DNA from: Lingula anatina
Taxonomy: Eukaryota > Animalia > Brachiopoda
Length of the DNA stretch: 64,000 bases
NCBI GenBank assembly: GCA_051362555.1
Contig: CM120649.1
Location: 15,266,567-15,330,566, forward strand
Reading direction: 5' to 3'
Shown: piece after piece, positions 21,471 through 36,774 of the stretch
Position numbering within the stretch: position 1 is the stretch's first letter
How the letters are laid out: every line of letters begins with the position of its first letter
Position numbers and translations under genes: made by a program
Notes under the pieces: generated by a model
What the model saw: only the letters and a program-made list of their open reading frames with translations
What the model was told of the DNA's origin: nothing
The model's database searches: none

Positions 21471-24039
21471 ATACAGCAGAATTACAGATTTGCTGACCAT
21501 CAATTTTAGTTCATCTTTTCTATTACTATTTATTATTATTTCATTTCACACCAAACTGACAGCCATTAAAAGCTCTATATGTATCTCTAACATCCGTGTT
21601 GAAACAAAAAACAATTAAAACTTTTTTCAACACTTACTAGGCTGTTTGGGCTGTGCCTGGTCCTTGAACCCTGTCAACTCACCATTGGCATCATAGAGGC
21701 CCGCCTGGAAACAACAGAATATACTTTTTATTTAATATCTCATAAACTACTTATTCAATTATCCATAATGTAAAAAAATATTAATCTAATTTCAAAATCA
21801 TAATTCATATATTGATCAGAAGTTCAACATGACTGTAATGAAAAGATATGCATGAATTTCACCTCAATTTCTACTAAGTCATTTATAAGGCAAGTCTTCT
21901 TTTTCATGTCTTTCTTTCTCTTTTTTCTTTGACCACCCCTCTCTCTCTATCTCTCTCTCTCTCTCTCTCTCATAACACATAATGAAATGAACAACTTAAA
22001 ACAGTCCAACAAGTCAATTAATAGTGGAAAAAACTCCCTTACATCAATAAGCAACAATAATATATAATAATATTAGCTGGTGTGAACAAAACAATTCATC
22101 AGTTCTGACAGCTGGAAAACTCCCCAGGCAGGTTGTACCCTTGATGATCATTACAAGGATACACATAAATTACATTAACTTAATAAACCTGTTCTACCAT
22201 AACAGTGAAGATGGGCCTCTGGGGGGGAAATGAAGGCTACCGAATGATTAAAAAAACTTCACAAGGAAGTAAATTCCAACAGGAAGAAGTGTCAGATTTT
22301 GTAATACTACGTTTAGCAGCAGAAATAAAACTCAACATTCTTCATATCAAACTGTTCACTAAAGACCTACATCTAGCCCTTTCTGAATCCAATCTTCATA
22401 TCAAGCGTGTAAACACGGCCTCTTTGCAACCCCACAAATGAAAATATGTGCACTATTTTTTTTTATATTTATTTTTATGCTATACCAGTACATAATTTTA
22501 ATTAACTGAACATTATCTGATGCTATATAATAACTAACACCATTCTTTACCTTTCAATAAAAGCGGTCGCTATTGGCAAAATTTCGAATGACTTTATATC
22601 CACTCTTTACCTCAACCATCTGAGCACAGCCATAGATGGCCTACATCTAGCTCTTTCTTCTATATCCTCTCTTCATATGAACATAGTGAACACACTATGT
22701 CCCAATATCAACTTCGAAAAATCTACACATGCAGAATTTGCCAAACTGTCTGTCTCCACACAGTAGACAGTGATCTGTATTGAGTTATTGCAAGGAAGGG
22801 CTGGGAAATGTTCCTTCTCAGCATGCATTGCTGGTTACTTGCATGTGTTGAAATGCTACAAGGGGAGAAATCTTCCTGCTAAGTCAAGGTGGCTTAACAA
22901 ATTAATTTAGGCTCAAGGAAACTATGCAGGTTTTTTTTTCTTATCATTTTGTGGGAAGCAACATGCATTGCCTTCATTCTTGTGGCTTTGCAAAATCATC
23001 ATTTTCAACTGCCTTAAATTTCTTCATAGGCCTTTAGGCAGAAAACAATAAAGAAGACAACTTGTGCCTAAAATGAAAATTTTTCATCATTTTCAGTCAT
23101 TTTCTTCACATTTTGCCACTACAGGAGTTATTAACCGAATATTGTCCTCATGCACTTGGTGCTTAGCACATCCTGCTGTTAAAAACACTACACCCTTTGC
23201 CAGACTTTGAAATCTACCAAAAAAAATTTTTTTAAGCCAGTTTCTTTCTAGAGCAAAAACAGACACATGAAGTAGCTTCGAACCTACATGAGAGCATGTC
23301 GTGCGACTACACCTCAGTTTCCATTAGGGCCATTATTCATTGTTGATTGCCTAAAAGGCATCATAATTCCACAATGGGGAGACCTCCCTGTTGGATAATC
23401 ACACACTTCTGTCCACCAAAACTGATTAATTACATTTCCCAAAACAATGTGACCAATATAAGCAGAAAATTAAGGGGTATCGATATGAAGTGAGTGGGCC
23501 CGTGTTTATGTCAGCGAAAATAAACAAGAAATCTTGTAAAATTGTCCATTGGAATAAGTGAAGGTTTTTGAAAGCTTTCAGTAATCACCCTTCTCTAGTG
23601 AGTTGACAGTTCTACTAAATCGGTATTAAAGAGTACGGCCAGTAATCCAGCTAAGGAAGATGGATTGGGGGGGGGGAGAGTGCCTTTGTTTCCATCAATA
23701 ATATATATATTCTGATTGTTAAGTGTTAATGTCGCAGGAAGCACTTTTTTGCAGGGATATGGGCTGAAACACAAAAGCACAGCAAATCATGTTACCATTT
23801 TATAATCATTTTAAATGAAACTTATTTTATATACCACATTCTATGCTAGGAACGAGATGCATGCCAAAATTGAGTAATAGAGGATTTACAGGTTGAGTTT
23901 TTATTTGCCCATCTATAAACAAACAGAACAGAGCACCCCCCCCCCCCACCTTGCTCTCAATTAATTGCAACACCACATGAACCAGGAACTTTTTAAATAG
24001 AGAACAGTTGGCTCTAGATCGCTGTCAATTTTTTCAAGC

Positions 24040-24070
<31 letters not shown>

Positions 24071-24377
24071 ATCCATGAGAAATGGTCCAAAAAAAAAAAT
24101 TGAGTTTCTTTTTTTCTACATCACCCACCTCACAAATCATATCTGACATCTGTTGAATTATCACATGCCAGAATGAGTCCAATAACCGTCTAACCACAAA
24201 GCAAACCAATGCCAATAGATACCTCCACTAACACACACAACATGAGGCAGTGCAAAGTCAAGTAGTACACGTGCTGGCATTAATGTGTACTCCACAAGTG
24301 CACGATCACCTGCAGAAATGAAAGCACCTTGTTCTGTTTTTCTCCAACGCTTTATTTGTATACACCCATGCCTACTC

Positions 24378-24440
<63 letters not shown>

Positions 24441-25131
24441 TATACCTGTGTAATAATTCAGTACCTGTCAATGTAGCAGGGTTATATAACCTTGATATTA
24501 AAGCTAGGTCCTGTCATGCAGGCACTGGCAATTAAGTTACTAGTACACAATTTCATTTTGTAGGTGAAACTTATATGCTGACTCAGGCTTTGAAAAAAAT
24601 GTTACACTTGGTACAATTTTCAAAGACAGTTTTTCTTTCTTTTCTGTTCTTTTTTTTTTTTTTTTTTCATCATCAACAGGTTATTATGCTAACAAAATAA
24701 GGGGCGTAGAAAAATCATTTAATGACCTCCAAGTGACCTCTGCATACAGGTGGCCTCAACTCACCTTCATCAAACCAACCACTAATTAGGAGATGGACGT
24801 TAATAGGATAATTGCCATCGGCTATATCTTCTCCTACAATTCAATAGCAGCTGTTCCACAACCCTCCCCCTGCACATTAACTGGCCTATTACCTCTGATC
24901 TAATCTAACACATCCTCTGTAAGTAAGCAGGTGGCCCGCTATCTAACTCAAGCACATCATCCTGTGCTTCACCAACCAGCAAGGGATGATATAGTGTTTG
25001 AGTAACTCCTTCTTGCCTTACAGTGTATTCTTTCGATGCCCCCCCCCCCCCCCCCAAAGCAAAGAAATCTATTGCCTTCAGATGCAAAGAATCTACCAAG
25101 GATGCTCATTAATGCATGAGTATGTAACTAA

Positions 25132-25189
<58 letters not shown>

Positions 25190-28100
25190 CAGTCTCCCTC
25201 TCTCTCTCTCTCTCCCCCCCCCCCTCTCTCTCTCTCCCTCCCTCCCTCTCTCTCTCTCTCTCCCTCCCTCTCTCTCTCTCTCCCCCCCCCCTCTCTCTCT
25301 CTCTCTCTCTCCCCTCCTCTCTCTCTCTCTCTCTCTCACTACTTTGCATTCCAACACAGCCGCCGCCGTCCATTCAAACAGCCACCACCTGTATGGTAAT
25401 TTGTCCTGATACCTGTCAACTGTATGCTGGCCACTCTTTGTGTTAATGGCGGCCCTCAAGCTGATTATATAGCCCAAACACAGTCAGCCTGGGTTTGTAC
25501 ATGAATGTGTGATAATAGTACTAGGTACTTGAGCAAACTTGGCTGGCCCCTGTGTATCAAGGTGATAATAGTATTATGTATATATATATATATCTAAGTG
25601 GTCTGTTTACACTTGGGCAAATGGTGCTGCATTTCCACAGCCCAATGTGCTGCATTTCCACAGCCCTGGTTTTACAATGGGGAGAGACAGTTACCTTTGT
25701 GTAAACCTTACTCTTCTTTTCTCGAACATTCTTTAAAATATCCGAATGATCATTGTACAGTACAAACATTTCCTTTTTTTTTATTATTGCTGATTTAGTG
25801 AAAATCAGTTTCTAGTCCCTGAAAGACAGGCAGAAGCAATCCCAATCTTCTGGCACAGTGAAGCAACTTAACAATCAGGAAATCCCACAAAGAATGCACT
25901 GAGATAGTTCACTCTACAAGGGAATATGAAAATCCCAATTTCCCCTGAGCTTCATTATATTATGTTTACAGGTGGATAAAATATGAGACCGTGAGGTGCC
26001 CTTGTTGTTGCAAGGAAATTTATCTGCACCGACAACTTGGAATGCATACAAAGCTCACTGGTGTGAAAACGCCTGATTAATGTCTTTCATAAAACCCCGA
26101 CGCGGCTTGTTTTTGAAACTCTGGAATCTCTCACATCGGTGTTTTAACTTGAAAAAGACCTCGTAAAATGTTTCACGTCTTTCTGTGGGTGCAGATGAAT
26201 TTTTGCCACCTCAGTAACAAGGCTTCAGAGATGAGTGTAAGGAATACATATGGAGGAAACAAAATGTTTACTTTTAGCAAATATCATAAAATTACCACAA
26301 ATCCTCACCCTCTTCTCAGCAGTCAACAGAAAAAAGTTTCAAAATTCCCAAGTCTACACCAGCATGTGATTTTTTCAGTAAATTGTTATGGAAAATATAC
26401 ATAGTCACAAGAAAATAATTTTTTACCATCTATTTTTCACTGTTTTAACTCAGTACTTGGCTTAAAAAGGGGAGGATGAGGGCACTCCTTTGCTTTATAC
26501 TTATCAAGTAGGGTCTTAACAACTTTAAACAACAGAGGTCGTCTCAGGTGACAAAAACTCCCATTTATAATTCATGTCATTCCACAATAACACAGTAACC
26601 GTTGGAGTCAATACCACGCTGTACTCTTGGCAAAACACAATTTATGTAGGCCAAAAACTTCAACCCAATCTACATTTTAAACCAAATCAATGACGATCTT
26701 GCTCAAAAACATCGCACTATTTTCACGTGGCAAAGTTAGAATTATGTAGCGCAAGTAGCATTTTGCGCAAATCTGACAGAGAGCACCTAAACATGGTTAC
26801 ACCACCATCATATTATTAAAATGCACTCGACAACCTGAGATGCAGGTGAAATTGGAGTGAAAACCTTGCCGCGTCACGAACAGTACCCGCTGCCTCTGAC
26901 TAGCAAATACTGCCGAGAATGTCGTACATCTATTACACATATTGTTGGATATTATGCAGTCACTTCCTGATGACGTCTACAAAAACCCAGTATTGGGCGA
27001 GACCCTAGCCGAATCATGTTACTGAATTTTTTTCATGCACCACATACTAACCATTCTGTATGGCTGAGCTCTAACATGTATGACCATACCAGTCATAGAG
27101 ACTAATCAGGACTATGAGCTCCGACTTTTAAGCACAGCCCGACCACTGTCCCCACCCCAATTTTCTCTGACATCTGACTGAAATAACCAGGGTTAGGCAG
27201 GGGCTGCTGGTGTAGAGTTCTAGGTAGTGTGAGGGTGTGGAAAGATACCTTCCTATTGGTCACCAAAGACCTGGTCTAAACCAAAACTTGATCTAGGTTC
27301 TAAGGAAATTTTCTCAAAATAAGTCAATTACTGGTGAGGGGTGCCAAGGACCACTATTCAGCAAGGACAATGGATTCAGCACATATTGACTTTAAATGGT
27401 ATGCTAGTACATGGGCACTGTAGGCATGGTTTCATACCCACAAGCCGATGATGGTACTCCTAAAAAATTTTCTTCTCAGTATTTTTGGATCCTTTGGCTA
27501 GATCTCCTACAACCTTGTCAAATCATTATTCTCTGCAAACCATTTTAATTCCTTAATTCAAATTTGCCCACTCCCCCATTTTAGCAACATTTCAGTGGTT
27601 TGAATGCTTGATGCACTAATGATATAGGGTATTTTCATGAGCTCTTAAAATCTTTTTCATCAAACTTTCATTTTGACTTGAAATATTTCTTCTATATGTT
27701 TTATCCTTTAACTTCTAGTTGTTATAGATTCCAAGTCTTTTATTTCACTTTAAAATAAAAATATTTCAAGTTATATAAAAAATAAATATTATGCTTTCAT
27801 ACAAACAGCCCAGCAGCTGCGGAGCTCTATCACTTTCAAAAACTTCACATGTGAGTCATATTCCACCCCGGCAGCAGCCATTTTTAAATACCTGAGAACA
27901 AGTGCTTAGCCTATATAACTCCCCAATGGTCGTCAGTCTGGGCAAAGTTGAGACCCCAGCGAGCAGCCATTGTCTGCAACTTCCGTCGAGTTTTACTTTC
28001 ACACAAAGCAAGTAACGGGACGTGTATAATATTATAATATTGTTGCTCTACATATATGAAACTTGATCTGTGGCTGCGTATGCCCTAGTTTTCCCCCCAA

Positions 28101-29878
28101 GTCCTTTCTCTTTTCTCCTCGGACATTTTGTTTGTGTGTGTGTTTGGAGCATAGGTATAGGACACGGTCTGGAACAAAAGGCCAGGTATGCCTATATGGG
28201 CATCATTAAGACCAGCCCATGTTTTCTTACCAAAAACCAACTTCATTTCTGCTTAATATTGGGCATAGACTTCTGCACAAAGACCTCCCATACCGTGGTA
28301 ATTCACTTATTCACATAGGCTTGACTGGGCTTTGTTTTCTTAAATATAATGCACAGTGAGACACAAAACAGAGTTTTTTTTTTAAACCTCTGGTACACCA
28401 CAAGGTTTTAAAATGAGTCCATTATTAAAACATTTCACAAGGTCAGGTAAACTATTCTTTATTCAATATACAAGGACTTAATAATTTCCTTGTTTTCACA
28501 GTTTTAAATTGTTGAAAATATTAAGTCATTTGCTTCCCTCAACCAAACCTAAAACCGAGATGTTTTCACACCATAGGGCTATCCAGGTCTAAGTTGGCTT
28601 TCGAAGGTCGGCAGTTCGAAGGTTGGCAGGTCGAAGTAAAAAAAAAAAAACAAAAAAAAAAACAAAAAACTCCCTTCCAAAGTTACCAACACAAAGCTAA
28701 GAGTAGAAATGCCTTCAATTTATCACAGGCCAGGATTGAAAGAAACACAAACCACTGTTTCTTCTCCTTGATCACAGGTATACTCCTAGAAGTGCACGTG
28801 CCCCTTGTGGCCCCATTAGTTATGAAGAGTAGAAAAATTTGGCAGTTCCCTTGAAACCCACCAACGCTTTCACTGAGGTGCCAGCAAAAAGTCACATTTT
28901 TCGAGACCTGCATGAGCTGTTTGAAAGCTTCTGTGGCTTTCGACATGTACAAAATAGTGAAATTCCTCCCCAACTCACATTTCTCCTGATCTATGTGATA
29001 CGTTTCACAGACTGTAGCTTTCCAAATGCACAAAAAGAGTGAAACTCATCACGTAGAGAAACAAATACAAAATATCAAGCAGCATATTTTTTTCAGTGCT
29101 GCTGGTATTACAAGACTGCTCCTTCCAAGTTGGAACACAGTCTAGACACAACACATCAATTCATGTCTCTCATTAAAAAATTGTCACAAATCTCACCTGT
29201 GTGAGTCATCATTCATTAAGTATATCATCATATTAATTTTGCAAAGGCATTAATCCTGTTGCCATTCAAATTCAACCCTCTCAATGCAGACTAATTAGAC
29301 AGGTGACATCTAAATCTATAAGTAAGGTAAGAACTATTCAGCTTTCTAAGTTCTATGGGTTTGTTCACCCTCTCCCCCCCCCCCCCCCCACACATATGAA
29401 GTGATCAATCAAAAAGAAAAAAATCTTTGTAGAATGTTCAAAACTGTGCTGAATTACAAATACATTATGCTAGTTTTTCTTCTTTTTTTTTTTTTTTCGT
29501 ATGCTAAATAATCTTAAAGATATCATCCTAGTATTCACAATAACATGAAACACCTTAGGAATTTATACACATCCTCAGTGCTACACTGCAGAATACCTTG
29601 ACCAGCTCTCAGTATTTAGCACACCTCTCATAACATTAACCCAGTAGAGTCTAGAGAGAATAAATGACTTGGTTTTTATAGCACTTCAACCAAAAAGTGT
29701 ATAAAATACACCCCAAACATTGAACAACGCCACACCAAAGGTCACCAGTAGCCTGGGAGAATGGTTGAACCTTGGTAGACTCAACATCTCTCCTTTCTGT
29801 TCTTTATGTGCCTAGCTCTGGTTATTCTCCTCCCATTTGTTGTTCCATTGGCAATCTGTTGTATAGCACCAGTTGGCC

Positions 29879-29949
<71 letters not shown>

Positions 29950-30917
29950 GGAGAGAGAGGAAGGGGGAGGCATACCTTTATCCAGACAAGCCAGTGTCTT
30001 CAAGCCAAAACTGGACACACTTTCAGGTAGCACCAAGCAGATTTGTTTCAAGTAAACAACATTGTGCATTTGCCCAGCAGTACATAACACTAATCTTTGT
30101 AGTGCCTCATGCATATTGCAATGTAAACATGCATACTGCCATGCACATACAAACACATACGCACGCACACACACACATACACACACACACACACACAGAA
30201 CCAGCAAAACATTTACTAAGAAACTGAAGATGAAACCAGGGATGTGAGTCATGGTGAAGTAATGGTGATATTTTTCTCACTCCCACCCTGCAGCATGCTG
30301 TTATGGTCTATTGTTACACTTCCATCAGCCTGCAGCATTTGCTTGGACCCAATTTCATCAACACTGGATATATCTATCCTACGGCTTACTCTCAGAGTCT
30401 GTCCACTGGATAAAACTGTCACCTTCTGCACAGTTATTCTGAGGATAGCAGGCATCTTTAATTACTGGGTAGCAATATATGCGATCAAATAATAGTATCC
30501 AGCATTTGTATTTTAAATTGCTTTATTCATGTGATAACTGTCAAAAAGACATCAGGTGTGAAATCACTAGCTCAATCAAACCAGAGACAATCGCAGTGAT
30601 TTTAATAGATTATTTTCCATTATTCACAACCTGTCTGCCACCAAGCCACTCTAAACTCTGATCAACATGGAGTGCTCATCAAGTTGCATTCAGTGACAGT
30701 TCTTAATATAAAGTATCATGGTACTTTAATAATACATGAAGTCATACATATCAAAAGCACAAAAATTTATTGGCAATTCTTCCTCACACATCAATGAGGG
30801 TATGTATTCTGAATAAGGAATGATGAATCTATGTGATATAATGCACAGATTATGAGATATACAAACAATTGACTTGGAAAACTGAATCAGTTACAAAATT
30901 ATCATACATGTATACAA

Positions 30918-30961
<44 letters not shown>

Positions 30962-33081
30962 AACAAGAGCTCCAAGACTTCATTATCTCCAAGATCATAA
31001 ATAGATTAACTCGTTAAATGCAATGATAAAGAAGCCCTTCAGCATGACCCATTTAGAAACTAGGTCAACATGACCTACTTACCTCTTTCGCCATTGGTTC
31101 CAGGCCGGAGTCCCTGAAGTAGCGAGTGAGATCTTCTCTCAACTCGGAGCTGATCTGAACTTTGGATGGAGTGCTAGGGGCACTAGCATTACCTAGAAAG
31201 AGAGAGAACATCCATTTCATCAGAGAAAAAGTTCAATTTTTAAAAAAGTGCGTTATTTTTTTTTGTGAAAAAAGGCACATGCAGTATTACAAACTGTGCA
31301 GTATGAAATCTATACATGACTTGATTTAGAACAAATGATGCTAGATGACATTTTGTTATATCATCAATTACATAATGCAAGGAACAATTAAATTTTACCA
31401 GAGAGTGAGAGAGAGAGAGAGAGAGAGAGTGAGATAGAGTCATAGTTTGAAGGAACAAGTGGAAAGGAGAAAACCCCAACAGAACTGTTCACCTTTCAAT
31501 ATCTGCTTACTGAAATTGTTTGTATTTATTAGCTGAACTGTATTGACAACACATGTTTATTGAACCAGTACCTATGACTGGCTTGGAACAAAAAAAAACT
31601 TGAAAACCAGCAATATAAAAATGTGCTGGATTGAGATATATCAGTTAAGTTCTATCAACTGTGTAACCATATCTATACATAAACCAGGACTGTGCCATTT
31701 GTCTATTGTTGTACTCTGTGACTCATCTCTTATGAATCTTGTTTCTTCACAAATCACCATTTCCTGGTACCAGTTTGAAAATGAAACTAGATAAGTCCCT
31801 GGTTTACACAAGGAACATGACAATACCCTTCCAATAGCACAGCAAGCAAACATAAAAATCCATTCAAATTTCCTTTTTCATGTAATATGTAATGATGTCT
31901 TTCAGTATTTCTCTTACTTATACTAGTTAAAACTATGTGGTGACATTTGACCTACTTACAAAAAAAAAATTGAGTTCAAATGCGTCCTTAAGAGGAAATT
32001 CTGACCCAGGATGTTCAGTGGGCTATAAATCTCAGATTGTAGAAAAGTATTACATAACCCAGTACAGCCACACTAATCAGTATGTTAGCTGAAACCACCA
32101 TTATCAAACAAGGGCCAGGGGGGTGGTGTTGCCTGCCCTAGTTCTTCTGACAAGACTTAAACAGAGCATGGTTTGTGTATTAAAGGTGTCACCTGTCAGG
32201 AGAATCATAAGTACTTCACTCTGAAACAACTTGAGGCCACATTCACAACCCACTGATCCCTGAACTAAACGAATTCCCACCTCCCACATGTGCCATCTCT
32301 GTATGGGGAAAACATTAAAACTTCAACACCCCTTCAAGTGGGAAGCGCCATATTTGATCCGTGGAATAGTTTGTCCACAGGTCAACTGGTTCTGAGTCCT
32401 CCCCAAAGTCAAGGCCATCTTTAGGTAACTGTTAAACTGTTAACTGACTGCTGCAATATCTTGCCCCCCCCCCCCCCCAAGACAGCCTTTAAGTGGAATC
32501 ATTTGAAGGACACAGTCACATGTACAGATAAGATGTAAGCATCTACGATTCACCTCTGTGGATAAAAATATTTAGAAAAAAAAACAAAGATACCATGTGC
32601 AAATCACATACATAAAATCAATACAAAAAGGTAAACATCTCATTCACAAACACGTATGTAAACATATAAACTTAGCCTTGCGCAATAAGTTGAGGTTTTG
32701 GGTCTTGTTATGGATCTTTCCTGGTTATAGTAATAATGGGTACATGTGCAAAAATACTCCATGATGTATATATTAACATTTCAACATTGAGAAGCACACT
32801 TTAGTAGTGTCTGTCACCAATGATTCAAACACCTGCAGTTAAATTATCAAAGGCTCTACATCAGTTTCTTTGCATGCCCTGTGTGACAGGAAACCACAGA
32901 TAAGTTGCATCAATATTTAGAGCGATCACCGGCGGATCTCGACCATGTCTTGATGACCTTACCTTTCAAAAGGAGAAAAGAACTCGACTCGATCTTCAAA
33001 AGAGAGAAAATATTCCTAGAATAAAAGATGCTCACCTTCATCTTGCCATAGACTCGTCAACGTGGTGTTGGCTGTGGTCAT
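17579..33081 (-). CDS. TFDP1: Transcription factor Dp (E2F dimerisation partner)
   Basis: Exons 33081-33036, 31192-31083, 21704-21638, 21326-21226, 20836-20682, 20246-20087, 19837-19694, 19312-19244, 19001-18853, 18689-18523, 18272-18206 and 17789-17579. Motifs [87 protein letters not shown] and an acidic C-terminus. The start could instead be the conserved MAKE ATG at 31094. Confidence 0.95.
24379..24438. repeat. (TA)n microsatellite
   Basis: Pure dinucleotide run. Confidence 0.95.
25132..25340. repeat. Compound (CT)n/(CA)n polypyrimidine microsatellite
   Basis: Low-complexity tract that explains several spurious ORFs. Confidence 0.9.
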
Positions 33082-34468
33082 ATTCCAGTCTTGACGGAAG
33101 GATCGCAGCCTCGAGGTTAAAAATCCTGCGGTTTTTGGTCAGTCGATCAAGTTTAAATACCAAGTAAATTTATCAAAATGGCGTCCATTCAACAACACGA
33201 GTTTCAGTCGCTACCGGCCACTTTCAAAGGCTCGATCGTCTTCAGTATTTCCCTGGCAACGGCAACACTTTGCAGTTTCAAGCTTCATTGGATACACTCA
33301 TGCCGTGAATCGTGGTTAACTTGCAACGATGTCTAATAACGACGAATCTTTTGTTTAAATGTGAAGAATAATCGACCGAGAGAGGCCGAAAACGAGCTTG
33401 GCGGTGACAATGTGTTCACTGTATTCATTGGCTGATGCGAGTCACATGGCTTTCATGTGAGCATGCGTACATGCCTGCATGCCTCACTTTTGTTTATTTA
33501 TTTACACTGCGCTAAGAAACCCGTTTTTCTGGGAAATATGCGAGTAACAATATCTTTGAGATGCAATGTATGCAAAGTATTGTTGCAAGTTTGGCCTTAA
33601 CATACGATAGCATTTTTTAAAAAATTCGAAGTGTCTTTTAACTGTTCTCAAGAAGAGCACGAGACCCCCAGGTCCCTGGGAGAGGTCACCCACCTGGCCG
33701 CGATTTTTCCACCCAATCCTTATATTAAATTAAATTTTTACTGTATTATAAATTTGAAATCGAGAAGGTCAAAAGGTGTGCTCATACTAATTTCATTGGA
33801 AAATTTTCTCTAAATATATATATATATTTTTTTTCATATTTTTATTTTGAGGCGAATTGAAATCCAAAACGTGTCCCAGAGAGGCCTACCAGGCTATCCT
33901 GTGAAAGGAATTACATAAATCAAGTTACTTGCATAGGCTTAAATTCTTTAATGTTGGGGATATGACTTGAACAATTAGTTACGTCTATACTTGAATATTA
34001 AAAAAAAAACAAAACCTATCGATGAATTTTTTCTAAATAGTATAGGGGCCTACGTGTTTGCATTAAATCTTTTAGGCCTACCAATCCAAGCAAAATAGCC
34101 AATGTCAACAGCCTTGAAATGTCCAAAGGTCTACTGGTAAGCAGACGTAATTCAGTTTTTGACGGAATTCCTCTGAAACTAATGCTTTTTTTTTCAGTGT
34201 ACCACGAGTTTCAGAATACTGAAGACGCTTTATTTCTTCCTAGCAAAGTGACTGATAGGGCCTACTTCTCGTCACCGTCTCAGCACTGGATGCACAGGCT
34301 ATTTTTTTTTTCTTAATATATAGGTGAATTTCCACGAGACATCAAACCAAAGGTGATTGGGCAGAGAGCAGCTAAGATCGTGAGCCCTGTAATGTTTTTG
34401 AAACACCTTATAACCTCGTGGTCTTGTAGGCTTTATAAAATGATTATGTTTTTCCATGGTTATCTTAA

Positions 34469-34703
34469 AGGGTAAACAACTCTTCGTATGAGATCTATAT
34501 TTCACAATAAATACACTGTAAACAACGTACAGAAATATAATAAATTCCATTTTACCACCAAACGGCGGTCATCGCAATTATTCTGGAATTTCTGCATTAA
34601 CTTAGAATATCGGAACGAATATATTTACCTTTGGTAAGTATGGGGAAATTGCCGTTTACCCCTGGAAAATACATTTTGCCTATAATGAACAATTGTTATC
34701 CCT
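34469..34703. mobile_element. Non-autonomous TTAA-targeting DNA transposon (Kolobok/piggyBac-like MITE), copy 1
   Basis: TTAA|AGGGTAAAC...GTTATCCCT|TTAA. The internal sequence is homologous to 50307-50621. Confidence 0.65.
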
Positions 34704-36017
34704 TTAATTACATTAACAATGATTTTCTAAATAAGCCGAATCAAAAATAGCCTTATCTATTGCGGAAATGGGTTCGGCCTGCAAAATGTGTTTTTTTTAA
34801 ATGAAATATATGCCCTGGTTGCTCCTCAAATAAAAACGCTTCAAATCAGAGATAAAATGCGTTAGGTGAGAATTGGCCGGGGTGCAACAAACACATCTTA
34901 ATTTTTTTTAGACAGTAAATACATAGAATCAAAGACGGCCTCTTTATTTCGGAAACCGTAAAGAAACAAATATGTTTGGGCTCTAACAGATCCTTGGATA
35001 AAATAACAGCAATGTCAATTTATACCCTTATGGACTCCCGGCCTCCCACACGTGCATACAGCAAATATTTGAAAGAGCAAATGTCATTGAAGGGGTCTCT
35101 GCAGGGGCACAGCAAGAAAATCTCGGTTCCACTTTGAGATAGTTATATTATTTTAAAAATAATAAATTTATTGGGAGGAAAGGAGGATCCGTGGTGGCCG
35201 CGCATACGCGGTTGCTAGTAGACCTTAATCACGTACGCACAAGTGCTAGTATGCTCCCTAGGGGTCATCTATGGTCCACTAATTTTTCGCGATACGGCCA
35301 CGTGAACATATGAACCGACTACTGATCAGTGTCCAGTCGAAGCTACGACCAGCGAAGACGACAGGTAAAAGAGAACCTTGTTGGTAAGTACGAAAACGCC
35401 TCCCACCACCCAACCCCTTGACACCAGAACCGAGAATGGGTAAGCATCATTTATTATACAACAAATTAATAACTGTCAATTAAATATGAATAAGAATGGC
35501 GTTTCACATACAACCCACCTTATGCCATTATTATTATCAGTTTACCGTAAAGGAATGCACAGATATATGTATGTATATATGTATATATAGGCATAGTATG
35601 ATAACAATTTAAAAATTCTGGCGCGGCCGGCTCACGACTCCTATCCTCCAATACTTAAAGGATATTCGTAAACATCCTATAAACTGATAATTGGCATAAC
35701 CGAGCTATTTCGAACAATAAAAACCTGTTGATGGAGGCGTGGAAATGAATTTAACAACTGCACTCAATAATCTCAGAAAGTTATCTATATAGCAATAGCT
35801 GATTAGCCGAAGTCTTCATTGCACGTTTTTCTCCAACGATCTGTATTACAACGAACTGTTGACAACTGAAGATAGTGGCCGTAATTTGCATTTGATTAAA
35901 CTGTTAAAAGTATATTTCGAAGGCATTTCTAGCCCTTCACAGGTATCGTATGGCATACACGAGTGCGAAGCACGAGTGGATGTCACATAACCCTCGCTGA
36001 CGAGGGGTCTATCTTAT

Positions 36018-36125
36018 TTAGACCACGGGTCTATTAGCGGGTTATAACGCATTCATGCGAGAAGTGTGGTTACGCGAGTTACACCACGTCTGAGTCTTTT
36101 GTTCTTTACTTCCACCGTGGTCTAA
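36018..36125. mobile_element. Short MITE-like element
   Basis: 11-bp perfect inverted repeat TTAGACCACGG...CCGTGGTCTAA. Confidence 0.35.
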
Positions 36126-36402
36126 TCCCTGTTGACAAGTAGGCCCTGAGCCGATCTCATAAAAAGCTTTGGTATAGACGGGGGAAAATATTGGGTGGAG
36201 GACTTTTTATACTTTTTTCAGATTCAACCAAACTAGATACCTGTCACATCAATCATTTAACCATGATAAGAGATTAGATTAACTCATGGCCTATGTTTCA
36301 ATATATACCGGTATATATATCTTTTCTTTTTGAGTTTGTCCTTTGTTTAGTTATTATTCACGCGAAGTGCATTTTCCGTTCTTTCTCTTTTGCCCTCCTT
36401 TG

Positions 36403-36456
<54 letters not shown>

Positions 36457-36557
36457 ATAATAACGTTACAGGCCACCGCACTTACCTAACCGCACCGTCA
36501 CATGCCTGTACCACACCCTGCACTGAACAGTTCTCATTTCACAGTATATATATATAT

Positions 36558-36722
36558 CAGGGGCGGATCCAGATATATATTTTGACAGTCTTCCAAATTA
36601 TCCGTGTTGATATATCCTCCATTTTTGACCGTCTTCCGACAGTAAAAATTAGATACCCGTCAATGTAAACTTGAAAATCTGACCGTCTTCCGGAAGACCC
36701 AGAAGACGGCCTAAATCCGCCC

Positions 36723-36725
<3 letters not shown>
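36558..36725. mobile_element. MITE inserted in a (TA)n microsatellite
   Basis: TIR CAGGGGCGGAT...ATCCGCCCCTG flanked on both sides by TA runs. Confidence 0.7.

Positions 36726-36774
<49 letters not shown>

Noticed and set aside
24998-25477. ORFs of 81-133 aa rich in SL, ER or HT repeats
   Set aside because: Translations of microsatellites. The same applies to ORFs near 4134, 7002, 24285, 29806-30252 and 43214.
30249-30455. 68-aa minus-strand ORF in the TFDP1 intron as an alternative exon
   Set aside because: No homology recognised and no convincing in-phase splice connection.
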